Made by a program: the position numbers and the translations under genes. Below are positions 36,959 to 45,600 of a stretch of 64,000 nt of DNA, piece after piece (the first letter of the stretch is position 1; every line of letters starts with the position of its first letter). The DNA comes from a virus (Duplodnaviria; Caudoviricetes), in the IMG/VR virus record IMGVR_UViG_3300045015_000053; one strand, written 5' to 3'. Under the pieces are notes generated by a model. It did not search any database and was not told the DNA's origin. It saw nothing but the letters and a program-made list of their open reading frames with translations.

Positions 36959-36990
36959 AAGCCGTCCGAGGATTTGGGCGGCTTGTTTTT
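36959..36990 (+). terminator. Intrinsic terminator
   Basis: AAGCCGTCCGA/TTGGGCGGCTT followed by a T run. Confidence 0.6.
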
Positions 36991-37003
36991 TTGGAGATCG
37001 CCA

Positions 37004-37486
37004 ATGTCCTACAAGTTGCTCATCACGGTTCACGCCCGCCAGCGGTGGGTGGAACGCATCCTCTGTCCCGACCGCTACGTCCATTTGCGAACTTGCAAAC
37101 GTCCCAAGCAGTGCGTCACCTGCATCGCGCAAATGGCCGAGATCAACGCCATGATTGATCGCTCCTGCCGCGAGATCGACCGGAACATCATTCGGCGTTA
37201 CTTCGCTGCTAAGGAAGCGGAGAGCTACGTTCTTGATCCCAATTTCCACGCTGCCATTCGTCAACGCTTCGGCGACGAAGAGTTCACGTTCTTGAAGGAT
37301 CACAGCGCGGTCTTCGCGATCTCGCACCCGCCGAACGAGCCGATCCCGGTGCTGAAGACGGTCATGAGCCTCGACATGATCGAAGGCATGGTGTTCCAAG
37401 TCTTCGGCAACGACCGGGAGGCGATCCAGACCGTCTTCGAGCGGTGGCGGCACGAGCGGCGTCAAGGGATTATCAGCAAGGTCTAA
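37004..37486 (+). CDS. Hypothetical protein with CxxxxxCxxC
   Basis: RBS GGAG, ATG 37004. Confidence 0.65.
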   Translation: MSYKLLITVHARQRWVERILCPDRYVHLRTCKRPKQCVTCIAQMAEINAMIDRSCREIDRNIIRRYFAAKEAESYVLDPNFHAAIRQRFGDEEFTFLKDHSAVFAISHPPNEPIPVLKTVMSLDMIEGMVFQVFGNDREAIQTVFERWRHERRQGIISKV

Positions 37487-37518
37487 TTTACAAACTTGAT
37501 CTTGCCGTCTATAGTGAC
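37487..37518 (+). promoter_or_regulatory. Conserved phage promoter
   Basis: TTTACA-17 nt (ending GTC)-TATAGT-GAC. Confidence 0.75.
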
Positions 37519-37550
37519 ATCGTGTTCAACTAGCCCTCTGGAGTTCGGTC

Positions 37551-37889
37551 ATGGCACGCAACGACGATGATTCACCGGGTGCGATTGGTGTGGGATGTGT
37601 CGCGATCATCCTGTTGATCCCGGTCGGCATCCTGATGACGGGGTTCGTCATCTCGCGACTGTGGGAGTGGTTCATGGTGCCGCTCGGAGTGTCCGCGATC
37701 ACCCTGCCGCACGCCTACGGTCTGACGATTCTGGTCGGTCTGCTGAGTATGCGGGGCATGTCGTCCGACATGAAATCACAAGAAGACACCAGCATGGCGA
37801 AGTCGGTCTTCCTGATGGTTTGGATGGCCGTGATCATGCCGCTACTCGCGTGGTTCGGCGGCTGGCTGTGCCACCTCTGGATGACGTGA
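37551..37889 (+). CDS. Membrane protein
   Basis: Three hydrophobic helices. Confidence 0.7.
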   Translation: MARNDDDSPGAIGVGCVAIILLIPVGILMTGFVISRLWEWFMVPLGVSAITLPHAYGLTILVGLLSMRGMSSDMKSQEDTSMAKSVFLMVWMAVIMPLLAWFGGWLCHLWMT

Positions 37890-37906
37890 TCCGAGGCGAA
37901 GTGAAA

Positions 37907-37952
37907 GACGAAAACACCCGGTTTACAACCGGGTGTTTTCGTCTATAGTGAC
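37907..37952 (+). promoter_or_regulatory. 17-bp inverted repeat fused to a promoter
   Basis: GACGAAAACACCCGGTT-TAC-AACCGGGTGTTTTCGTC then TATAGTGAC; TTTACA spans the loop. Confidence 0.65.
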
Positions 37953-38026
37953 TTTGGCCCCTACGACCGGACGACGCGATCCCCGCGTCGGGTCGAACAG
38001 TGCCTAACCAAGAAGGAATGGCTCCC

Positions 38027-38971
38027 ATGTCCACGACCACCGACCCCAAGACCCAAGTTCAGACTACGGCCGACGCGATCCCGGCCATCAGCATCCCCGG
38101 CGCAGTCCTGCCCGGCACCACCCCGCCGGCCGCGAAGCCGAACCTCAAGGATCGGATGAAGGGTCTGAAGTCCGCGCCGAAGACGGACAAGCCCGCCGCC
38201 TCGAAGCGGCCGGAATACGACGCCCCGAAGGAAGCGGTCGAAGCCATCCGCCGGTTCATCCCGGCCGACACCATCCGTAAGATCGCCGAGAAGCGGGCCG
38301 AGAACGCCAACGCCGAGGCCAGCGAGATCCTGTTCAAAGCGTTCTGTGCCGCGCTGTGGAAGAACAAGGCGGTGCCGGCCAACCCGAAGGTCGTAGTCCG
38401 CGACGGGAACGACCAGCCGGAAATGTCGGCCATCTTCCAAGTCCAAGACCGTTTCAGCCCCAACGCGATGAAGCTGCCGGAAATCAAGCCGGAAATGGAA
38501 GAGGAAGACGCGGTCGCGGTCATCATCGCCACGCTGGTCGAAGCAGGACTGGAGAAGGCCGACGCCGAGAAGTTCGTCGCCGCTGAAGTGGAAACCACCA
38601 AGAAGCGGAACATCCGCTCGCTCAATGAACTCGCCCTCGGCCACTACGGGGCCGACAAGCAGTGGGTGGAGGCGTCCCCGGAGGAACAGTCCGTCGCCGC
38701 CAAGCTCATGGACTTCCTCGATACCCTGACGGACGCCGAGCAAGCCCTCATCCGGCGCGACGAGATGCGGATCTCCGTCAAAAAGGACACACTCGCTCGC
38801 GTCTGCCAGTACGCCCACTGCGCACCGCAGGTGGAAGCGATCCTGAAGGTGTTCCAGCCGGTGAACTTCATCAGCCACAGCGTCCTCGGCATCGCGGAAG
38901 ACGAGGCGACCAAGATCAAGAAACTCCAAGACGCGGCCAACGAGATGATCGGGAGCGTCGAGGTCAAGTAG
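38027..38971 (+). CDS. Hypothetical protein, probably highly expressed
   Basis: Strong codon bias; follows a promoter. Confidence 0.75.
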   Translation: MSTTTDPKTQVQTTADAIPAISIPGAVLPGTTPPAAKPNLKDRMKGLKSAPKTDKPAASKRPEYDAPKEAVEAIRRFIPADTIRKIAEKRAENANAEASEILFKAFCAALWKNKAVPANPKVVVRDGNDQPEMSAIFQVQDRFSPNAMKLPEIKPEMEEEDAVAVIIATLVEAGLEKADAEKFVAAEVETTKKRNIRSLNELALGHYGADKQWVEASPEEQSVAAKLMDFLDTLTDAEQALIRRDEMRISVKKDTLARVCQYAHCAPQVEAILKVFQPVNFISHSVLGIAEDEATKIKKLQDAANEMIGSVEVK

Positions 38972-38981
38972 GAGTCCGACG

Positions 38982-39191
38982 ATGGGCATGAGCGAAGACG
39001 ACTACCTCTACGAGCGATTGGAGAGGGAGTGGGAGCAATCGGGGCGACCATGCCCCGATTGCTCCACGCAAATGGTTGACGACCACGAAGAGAACAACAA
39101 GCTCACGCGACCGATCCCCGGAAACATCTACGGCACACGCGAACCCGTGTGCCGCCACTACAAATGCCCCAAGTGCGGGCGGAAAAAGTAG
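38982..39191 (+). CDS. Small Zn-ribbon protein
   Basis: CPDC..CRHYKCPKC. Confidence 0.6.
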   Translation: MGMSEDDYLYERLEREWEQSGRPCPDCSTQMVDDHEENNKLTRPIPGNIYGTREPVCRHYKCPKCGRKK

Positions 39192-39230
39192 CGCAGTTTC
39201 GGAGACAGTGGCACCTGCCGCTTTTACAAG

Positions 39231-39515
39231 TTGAAGTCCCAACCAACAGGTGCCGCCGTGGTCAACGACAACCTCAAGTTCTTCGTCAACACCGACAACA
39301 AAGCCAGTTTCCAGATCTGTCTGAGCGACGTTAACCGGCCGCGATCCAAGCCGGGCAAGGCGGTCGTTCTGGTGCGGTGTGATCGCCTTGACACTGAGGA
39401 TAACGAACGCGGCCTCAAGTTGGCGCAGAAGATTGTCGATAATCTCAACACCTTGACTCAGGACGAGATCAAGGCTCTGGTGGCGGATGAGTCGATTCCG
39501 CCGCTTTTTAGTTGA
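39231..39515 (+). CDS. Hypothetical protein (start uncertain)
   Basis: No clear RBS; in frame with upstream TAG 39189. Confidence 0.55.
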   Translation: MKSQPTGAAVVNDNLKFFVNTDNKASFQICLSDVNRPRSKPGKAVVLVRCDRLDTEDNERGLKLAQKIVDNLNTLTQDEIKALVADESIPPLFS

Positions 39516-39541
39516 ACCTTTAGCCCACGGAAGGGTCTAAA

Positions 39542-39682
39542 ATGAAGAAGTTGATTCTTTTCGCGATGGCCGTGCTATTCCTCTGTTCGGGTTGTACGGT
39601 CATGAACCAAGAGATCCACACGTCGTTCTCCGTCAACGTGAGTGAACCGTGTGGACACCGGCACCATCGGGGTCACAGGTGA
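39542..39682 (+). CDS. 46-aa lipoprotein (not in ORF track)
   Basis: MKK + hydrophobic core + LCSG-C lipobox. Confidence 0.6.
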   Translation: MKKLILFAMAVLFLCSGCTVMNQEIHTSFSVNVSEPCGHRHHRGHR

Positions 39683-39921
39683 AAGTCTGGCAAGCCGCAA
39701 TTGCAGTCCTTCGCGAAACGAACAACCCTGCGGTAATGTTCGGCGACGAGGGACTGTGTCACCTGATCGCCGCGAAGCTCGGCTGGAAGCACGAAGCGTG
39801 GAAGACGAGCGAGCGGGTACTGGCGGCACTGGCGCGGACTCCGGGTGAACTGGTCAAGAAGAAAACAAGAACCGGCGGCGGAAGATTGGTTAACATCTTC
39901 CGACTGCCAGAGGACGTGTGA
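39649..39921 (+). CDS. Hypothetical protein
   Basis: ORF coupled to the next by TGATG. Confidence 0.55.
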   Translation: MWTPAPSGSQVKVWQAAIAVLRETNNPAVMFGDEGLCHLIAAKLGWKHEAWKTSERVLAALARTPGELVKKKTRTGGGRLVNIFRLPEDV

Positions 39922-40049
39922 TGACACTCTTTGCTGAACAAGTATCCGGCCTCCAACTGTTTTTGGCGGTCGTTGTGGGTTCCTTCTGTGTCATGGGATT
40001 TTCCGCCCTGATCTTGGGGCTGGCGAAATGGATTCAAGGTAAGTCATGA
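39921..40049 (+). CDS. 42-aa single-TM protein (not in ORF track)
   Basis: Coupled on both sides (TGATG, ATGA). Confidence 0.6.
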   Translation: MTLFAEQVSGLQLFLAVVVGSFCVMGFSALILGLAKWIQGKS

Positions 40050-40768
40050 AAGAATATCCAAGCATCCTCGGTGTAAACGCACATGGTTGCCCCGGATTGG
40101 GACAATCTGCAATCGCTTTCAAGAAATATGACGGTTCCAACCTCCGCTTCGAGTGGAACCCGAAGAAGGGTTGGCACTTGTTTGGCACTCGGCGTCGTCT
40201 CTTCGACAAGGCCGACCCAGAGTACGGCGCGGCCATCGACATCTTCCTGAACAAGTACGGCAGCGGTCTTGAAGCCGTCATCAAGAAGGACAAGCACCTG
40301 CGGCAAGCCCGCGAGATCATCGTCTACGGCGAGTTCTTCGGGCCGTGGAGCTTCGCCGGGCAGCACGATCCGCAACACCCCGCCATGCACCCGAAGTGGA
40401 CGGCCGGGGACCACCTTCCTTACAACGGCGGGCCAAACGAACCGCTGGACGTAGTCATCTTCGATGTCAACGTCCACAAGAAGGGGCTGATGTCCCCGCG
40501 AGAATTCGTCAACACGTTCGGCCATCTGCCTATCGCCGAGATCGTGTATCAGGGGAACATGAATCAATCCTTCATCAAGGACGTGAGGGAAGGGACACGC
40601 ACCTGTCTCGGATGGGACATGAACATCCCGATCTTCGAGGGCGTGGTTTGCAAGGGGCTGACCGGGAAAGCGCCGCATGGGATTTGGATGGCGAAAATCA
40701 AAACCAACCATTACCTTTCCGAACTCAAGCGGCGGTTCGAGAAGGATTGGGAACAGTTCGGGGAGTGA
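40046..40768 (+). CDS. RNA/DNA ligase-type nucleotidyltransferase (Rnl2-like)
   Basis: KKYDGSN, YGEFFG, IFDV, FEGVV, MAKIK. Confidence 0.75.
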   Translation: MKEYPSILGVNAHGCPGLGQSAIAFKKYDGSNLRFEWNPKKGWHLFGTRRRLFDKADPEYGAAIDIFLNKYGSGLEAVIKKDKHLRQAREIIVYGEFFGPWSFAGQHDPQHPAMHPKWTAGDHLPYNGGPNEPLDVVIFDVNVHKKGLMSPREFVNTFGHLPIAEIVYQGNMNQSFIKDVREGTRTCLGWDMNIPIFEGVVCKGLTGKAPHGIWMAKIKTNHYLSELKRRFEKDWEQFGE

Positions 40769-40770
40769 CC

Positions 40771-41265
40771 GTGGAACACATCAACGTGGTACTCGACGGC
40801 GACCAGAAGGCGGCTCTCGTCGCCAAGTACGCGGTGGAACTCGGTGTCGTCTTCATGTTCTCGAAGAACGGAGGGATGCCGCAGTTCCAATTGCTCAAGT
40901 CGGATTACCCGCAGTTCCAGAAAGCTCTGAACCGCGCCGAGCGTGAACTGCACCCGACCCCGTGCCGCTTCAAGAAGGGGGACAAGGTCGTCGTTCGTGG
41001 GTTCGACATGGCTCTCGTATTCGACCACTACTCCGCAGACGGCAAGTTGGCGAGGGTCTTCATCGAGGGCGAAAGTTGGGACACGAAACACTCGATCCTG
41101 TTCGCGCGGCCGTTGGTTCTGGCTCCCAACGACACGCAAACGATGAATGAAGAAGGGTGGGTTCCCGATTTGACGGCCTACCAACCACTCACCGAAGAGT
41201 TCAAGAAAGCGGCCGACATCGAGGCGAACACGCCGATCACTGCCGGCCGTGAATTGATTGGCTGA
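40771..41265 (+). CDS. Hypothetical protein
   Basis: RBS GGGGAG before GTG 40771. Confidence 0.65.
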   Translation: MEHINVVLDGDQKAALVAKYAVELGVVFMFSKNGGMPQFQLLKSDYPQFQKALNRAERELHPTPCRFKKGDKVVVRGFDMALVFDHYSADGKLARVFIEGESWDTKHSILFARPLVLAPNDTQTMNEEGWVPDLTAYQPLTEEFKKAADIEANTPITAGRELIG

Positions 41266-41297
41266 ATTCGGACGGGAACCACAAAGGTGCGTTAGTC

Positions 41298-41567
41298 ATG
41301 ATGGACGGTCCTCGCTATGTCGTCGGCCTTCGCGATCCGAAACAGAGCAATCTGTACAAGGACATGATCGAGGGCGAGAAAGAGGGCGAGGCCAAGCAAC
41401 AGGCCGAGGAACTGGCGGCGAAGGAAGGCCGCGCCACGATAGTCTGGGATCGCAAGAACCACGAAGTGATTCACAGGGTCGCGGGCAAGGACGATCCTGT
41501 TGAGAAACAAGAAACCAAGCCCGAACCGAAAAAACGGGGAAGGCGTAAACAAGAGGACGCTTCCTGA
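41298..41567 (+). CDS. Hypothetical protein
   Basis: Phage codon style. Confidence 0.6.
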   Translation: MMDGPRYVVGLRDPKQSNLYKDMIEGEKEGEAKQQAEELAAKEGRATIVWDRKNHEVIHRVAGKDDPVEKQETKPEPKKRGRRKQEDAS

Positions 41568-41582
41568 CCCTATAATACCTTG

Positions 41583-41915
41583 CCTCTGAAACTTATGAGG
41601 AACATTCGGGAGCCGAAGGAGAGACAGTTGCTGGTGACCGGACTGATCCGAGGGTAGATTTCCCCGGATCGGGTTGAAGGGCATATGGGTCTGGTGTGGA
41701 TGGGCTGTTCCCCTACCGGCGGCTTGCCGCCAACGCACATGACCCAGAGCAGCAGCGCTACCCCGTCCAAGAGTCCCAGATGTTTTGGGTTGAGGACGCG
41801 CCAACTTACCATGTTGTAAGTAGCGTTGTGGCTACCGCTAACGTGGCGGTAGGATCGAACCAACCCTTGCCGAATGGGGGTCAACACCAGCAGGAAACTG
41901 CTGGTGTTTCCTTTT
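41583..41915 (+). ncRNA. Candidate structured non-coding RNA of unassigned family
   Basis: TATAAT at 41571-41576, nested helices, terminator at 41883-41916. Confidence 0.55.
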
Positions 41916-41916
41916 T
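41883..41916 (+). terminator. Intrinsic terminator
   Basis: AACACCAGCAG-GAAA-CTGCTGGTGTT then TCCTTTTT. Confidence 0.75.
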
Positions 41917-41950
41917 GGTCTATACTGACCCCAACACACAGGAGAACAAG

Positions 41951-42541
41951 ATGCTTTCTTTACAAATGGCCGGTTACGGGATGGGGATGGTCGGGGTCGC
42001 GAATAACGCGAACCTCAACGCATTGTCCTACGGGATCAGCCAGTTGATCAGTTGGGGTTTGGGCTGTGGCGCACACCGTCTGACCTTCAAGGCCGACAAG
42101 AACCGCGTCGGGATTTCGGTCTTCATGGACCCCGAAGTCGAGCCGCAGGTGATTTCGGCGGCAGGGTGCTGCACGATGCAGGGCTTGCACGAGATGGGGC
42201 TGCTGCCGCAAGACATCCCCCAGTTTGAGCGGATGAACATGGACGGCGCGACCAACACGGCGAAGGACGGGCAGTCGCGGTTCTCGTTCAAACAGGGCGA
42301 GGGAATCCTGATCCAGAACTACAACGTGAGGCCAGAACTCTCGCTCGCGACGTGGGCGTTCGCCCACGCCGACCACATCACCGGCTTCATCTGGCGGGGT
42401 GCGAGGGAAATCAAGGTCTTTCACAGCATGAAGCTGACTCAGATCTACATGAGTCCGGCGATTGCCGATGACGTGGCGAAGACCGCGATGGCGGGCGAGC
42501 AGAACTATCCGCAGGACACGCTGATCTCCAGCATCAAGTGA
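41951..42541 (+). CDS. Hypothetical protein
   Basis: GTCTATACTGAC promoter at 41918, RBS AGGAG, ATG 41951. Confidence 0.75.
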   Translation: MLSLQMAGYGMGMVGVANNANLNALSYGISQLISWGLGCGAHRLTFKADKNRVGISVFMDPEVEPQVISAAGCCTMQGLHEMGLLPQDIPQFERMNMDGATNTAKDGQSRFSFKQGEGILIQNYNVRPELSLATWAFAHADHITGFIWRGAREIKVFHSMKLTQIYMSPAIADDVAKTAMAGEQNYPQDTLISSIK

Positions 42542-42555
42542 AACGAATTCCTATA

Positions 42556-42598
42556 ACGCAGAAAGCCGCGAGTTTTTTCGCGGCTTTCTGCGTTTTTT
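42556..42598 (+). terminator. Intrinsic terminator
   Basis: 16-bp stem ACGCAGAAAGCCGCGA/TCGCGGCTTTCTGCGT followed by a T run. Confidence 0.8.
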
Positions 42599-42729
42599 GT
42601 GTCCTGAAAATCTGCCGATTGGTGTCTTCTTTTTGTCATAAATCCGGGGACTGTGTGCGTTCTCAATGTGCGAGTCGAAAAACTCGCCGCCGGGAGCGTA
42701 GTCCTTCTGAAGACCCCAAGAGGTGACCC

Positions 42730-43140
42730 ATGCGTAAGAAACTGACCAAGACGACGACCGAGGCAATCGGCTATCTGACGCAGCAGGACGCACTGGATAA
42801 GTGCTACACGCAGGAGAACAACGCCTTCTTCGACGGGCGTTACGGTCGGCCGGACGATCTCCGCAAGGTGCGGTGCGTGATCAACAACATGAAACCCGGC
42901 ACCGAGATCCGCGCCCTCATCTACAAGTACAACTACCACGGGACGGTTTTGGGGTTCCGCTACACGCCCCGACGCGGCTGGACGATGGGGATGCTGCTCA
43001 AGAGTGGCAGCGTCAAGGACGTGAGCATCGACCCCCGCGACTGGTTCGACGGGGAGAAGACGGTCTTCGTTTACTGCGGGAAGACCGTCTACGCGATCTA
43101 CAGACACGGCTACCGACTCGCACTCGAACCCGTCGCTTAA
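42730..43140 (+). CDS. Hypothetical protein
   Basis: RBS GAGG. Confidence 0.7.
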   Translation: MRKKLTKTTTEAIGYLTQQDALDKCYTQENNAFFDGRYGRPDDLRKVRCVINNMKPGTEIRALIYKYNYHGTVLGFRYTPRRGWTMGMLLKSGSVKDVSIDPRDWFDGEKTVFVYCGKTVYAIYRHGYRLALEPVA

Positions 43141-45503
43141 TCGCAACACAGATCCAAGATGTCGCTCAGATACGGGTTGGTTGATTCTGCGGCGACCACA
43201 CGACGTTTCTTCTTCTTAGGCACCACCGCTCCGACTGGCTTCGTCGCCGGCCCGGACCCCGCACCGCCACCGATTGCGGCAGCGTACTCGTCGTCAAACG
43301 CCTTCCGTCTCGGACCAATGTGTTGGTCCAGGGCGGAAGGGGCAGTAGTCATCGGCAGCGGAATGCGGCCGGACAGTTGGTCGTTCGGCGCACGCCCCTT
43401 GTCAGTCGCCAAGTAGTGGGGCGAACGGTCGTCCCGCTTGAACGGCGTAAGCCCGTCAAAATCTTCATCTTGGTACTTCTTGGCGACGGCGGCGTGGTAG
43501 GCGTCCTTGTCGGCGTCTTCCCACTTGATCGCCCGACGTTTTTCGGTCGGCTTGACACCTTTCATCAGTTCTTCGCGGGTGATGCCGGCACGCTCTGCGT
43601 CACGGATCTCACGGTTAATACGATTGGACAGGTCGCGTCTCGCTTGCGCTTGGAACACACTTCGGGTGAGTTCCATTGGAGACAGACCGTCCGGGTTTTC
43701 GTCACTCTTGGAATCCGGCGTTTGCGCGAGGTCATATATTGCGTTCGACCGACGCCGTTGAGCGTTCGGGCCGAAGTAGTTCACAATCCCCTGTTCGATC
43801 CTATCGGCACGAGCCAGTAGTTCTTCTTTCTCCTCGCCCGTTGCTGTAGCCGCTTTAGCACGCAGTTCAGCCACCAGTTTGGTGTCTTTTGCCTGACGAG
43901 CCGCAACGGTCTTCAAACGCTGTGGGTGGGCTTTAGATGCCGCGATGACCCATCCCTTGTTCTCCTCTTCGTATCGCAGGTGCGGGTCGTCGGGCTGGAC
44001 GACGAACACTTGCTTGCCCTGTCCGTTCGATTGAACGTACTTGGCGTCACCCTTTGCGGCCAGACCGATGATCACGCCGGTCTTGTTCTTGCCCTTTTGC
44101 ATGTCGTCAATGAACCGCAAGTCGTGAATGTCGCCGCTCACGATGCGGTAAAGCTTGCCGTTCTCACCACGCCACACCTTCGGCAGCTTGTACGGGCCGT
44201 TTTCGGCTCCGCTATTCGGATCAACGGCGTACTCTTTTCCCTTTGGGTCTTCTTTGAACTCAGGGGCGACGTACTCGGTGTTGCTTTTCCTGGCCCGCGT
44301 TTGGGCGCGAGCTTCCATAGCCCTCTTCGCTTTGGCGGGGTCGTAGTTCTTCTCCGCGAACGCGAACACCATAGCGACGTTGCCGCCGTTGTCCAGCAGT
44401 TCTTCCATCTGGTGCAGGTTGGTCTTCTCGGAATAAGAAAACGTGAGGTGGTAGTTCGCCGGCCACTTGCCGCCGCCCGACTTCATGGCCTCGGCGTGCT
44501 TCATGGCGCGGCCGATGACCTTCGTGTAGTCGTAGAACTGCACCTCTGGGAAGTGACAGAAGATCGACTTCTTCTCGTTGGGGTCGGGCGGGCAGTTCAT
44601 TGCACGAGCTTTCGGGCTGCGTTCCACAGCCCCCTCGTACCCCGGCAGTTCTTTGCCTTTGGTCTTCGGGTTCTTGCGTTGGTAGGTGAACCAGTATTTT
44701 TCGGTTTCCCACGGAATGTCGGACGTGCCGTTCAGTCTGAGGCCGAAGTTGAAGCCCTGACTGTGCGATTCCGCTGCGGCGTGTTCGACTTCTTGGGCGA
44801 GCCTCGTGAGGGCCGCGTTCTTGTTATAGGCGAACATGAACGTGCGCCGCATACGACCGGACGTTTTGACGCCCATGAAGCCGGGGTTGCCGGCCACGTC
44901 GAGACAGGACGCTGCACATTCTGGGGTGTGAGCGGAGCAGGTGTTGCACCCTGAGAAGCCGGCCGGCAACAAGTGCATGACGGCGTTCTTCATCGGCCGC
45001 ATCATGCCGTGGTGCGGGTTTGCGACGGCGTGCGGGTATCCCTTTTCGGTCTTCGGGTTGTTGTCGCCGGGGGAAACCAGAGACAAGCCGGCGTGCGGAT
45101 TCTTCAGACGCCGCTTTTTATCCCTACGCGGGCGGAACATGTCTTTGATGTCGTCTTGGTGCTGGTCCCACTGTTGACGGGTGAAATTGACTAGCTTGTT
45201 TTTCTCGTCATCCTTCTTGGTTTTTGACGTGCCGACATCAACATCGGCGTCCACCGAGTCGTCATCTTCGTCGTCCTCGACTTCGACCGGCTCCTCTCGC
45301 TTCGCTTTCTTCCTCTTCGATTCGACAACGAGGTTGCCGGCCATACTTGCAAATTCTGGCAGGTTTTCCATAACGTCATCATAGTCGGTGGAAATGCCGA
45401 GTTGCTCGTTGAACGAGAGGTGATAGGCCCACTCCTCGTCGGTCAAACGAAGATCATCGGCCCAGTCTGTTTCGCGGAAGAAGTCTCTGAAGTTCATTTT
45501 CAT
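43137..45503 (-). CDS. GP88-family (radical-SAM-like) protein with long extensions
   Basis: HLLPA..SG.N.C..HT.EC...C, RLNGTSDI.WE, QFYDYTK, NYHLTFS, GD.HDLRF; MNFRDFFRE leader; TATATA at 45533-45538. Confidence 0.75.
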   Translation of the reverse strand: MKMNFRDFFRETDWADDLRLTDEEWAYHLSFNEQLGISTDYDDVMENLPEFASMAGNLVVESKRKKAKREEPVEVEDDEDDDSVDADVDVGTSKTKKDDEKNKLVNFTRQQWDQHQDDIKDMFRPRRDKKRRLKNPHAGLSLVSPGDNNPKTEKGYPHAVANPHHGMMRPMKNAVMHLLPAGFSGCNTCSAHTPECAASCLDVAGNPGFMGVKTSGRMRRTFMFAYNKNAALTRLAQEVEHAAAESHSQGFNFGLRLNGTSDIPWETEKYWFTYQRKNPKTKGKELPGYEGAVERSPKARAMNCPPDPNEKKSIFCHFPEVQFYDYTKVIGRAMKHAEAMKSGGGKWPANYHLTFSYSEKTNLHQMEELLDNGGNVAMVFAFAEKNYDPAKAKRAMEARAQTRARKSNTEYVAPEFKEDPKGKEYAVDPNSGAENGPYKLPKVWRGENGKLYRIVSGDIHDLRFIDDMQKGKNKTGVIIGLAAKGDAKYVQSNGQGKQVFVVQPDDPHLRYEEENKGWVIAASKAHPQRLKTVAARQAKDTKLVAELRAKAATATGEEKEELLARADRIEQGIVNYFGPNAQRRRSNAIYDLAQTPDSKSDENPDGLSPMELTRSVFQAQARRDLSNRINREIRDAERAGITREELMKGVKPTEKRRAIKWEDADKDAYHAAVAKKYQDEDFDGLTPFKRDDRSPHYLATDKGRAPNDQLSGRIPLPMTTAPSALDQHIGPRRKAFDDEYAAAIGGGAGSGPATKPVGAVVPKKKKRRVVAAESTNPYLSDILDLCCD

Positions 45504-45600
45504 CTATCTGGCTCCTCGGTTGTCTTTTCGGGTATATAGCCATAAGAATTCCTCTTCTGATTTGCCGTTTTTGGTTTATCGTGAAAGTGGAGGAGTTGCG

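Noticed and set aside
28647-39206. CRISPR array from the repeated GCGCAATTTCGGAGAC motif
   Set aside because: Copies are short, hundreds to thousands of nt apart and separated by genes; there are no cas genes.
41696-41950. N-terminal extension of track ORF 41696-42541
   Set aside because: It crosses a strong terminator and a promoter; the RBS-supported start is ATG 41951.
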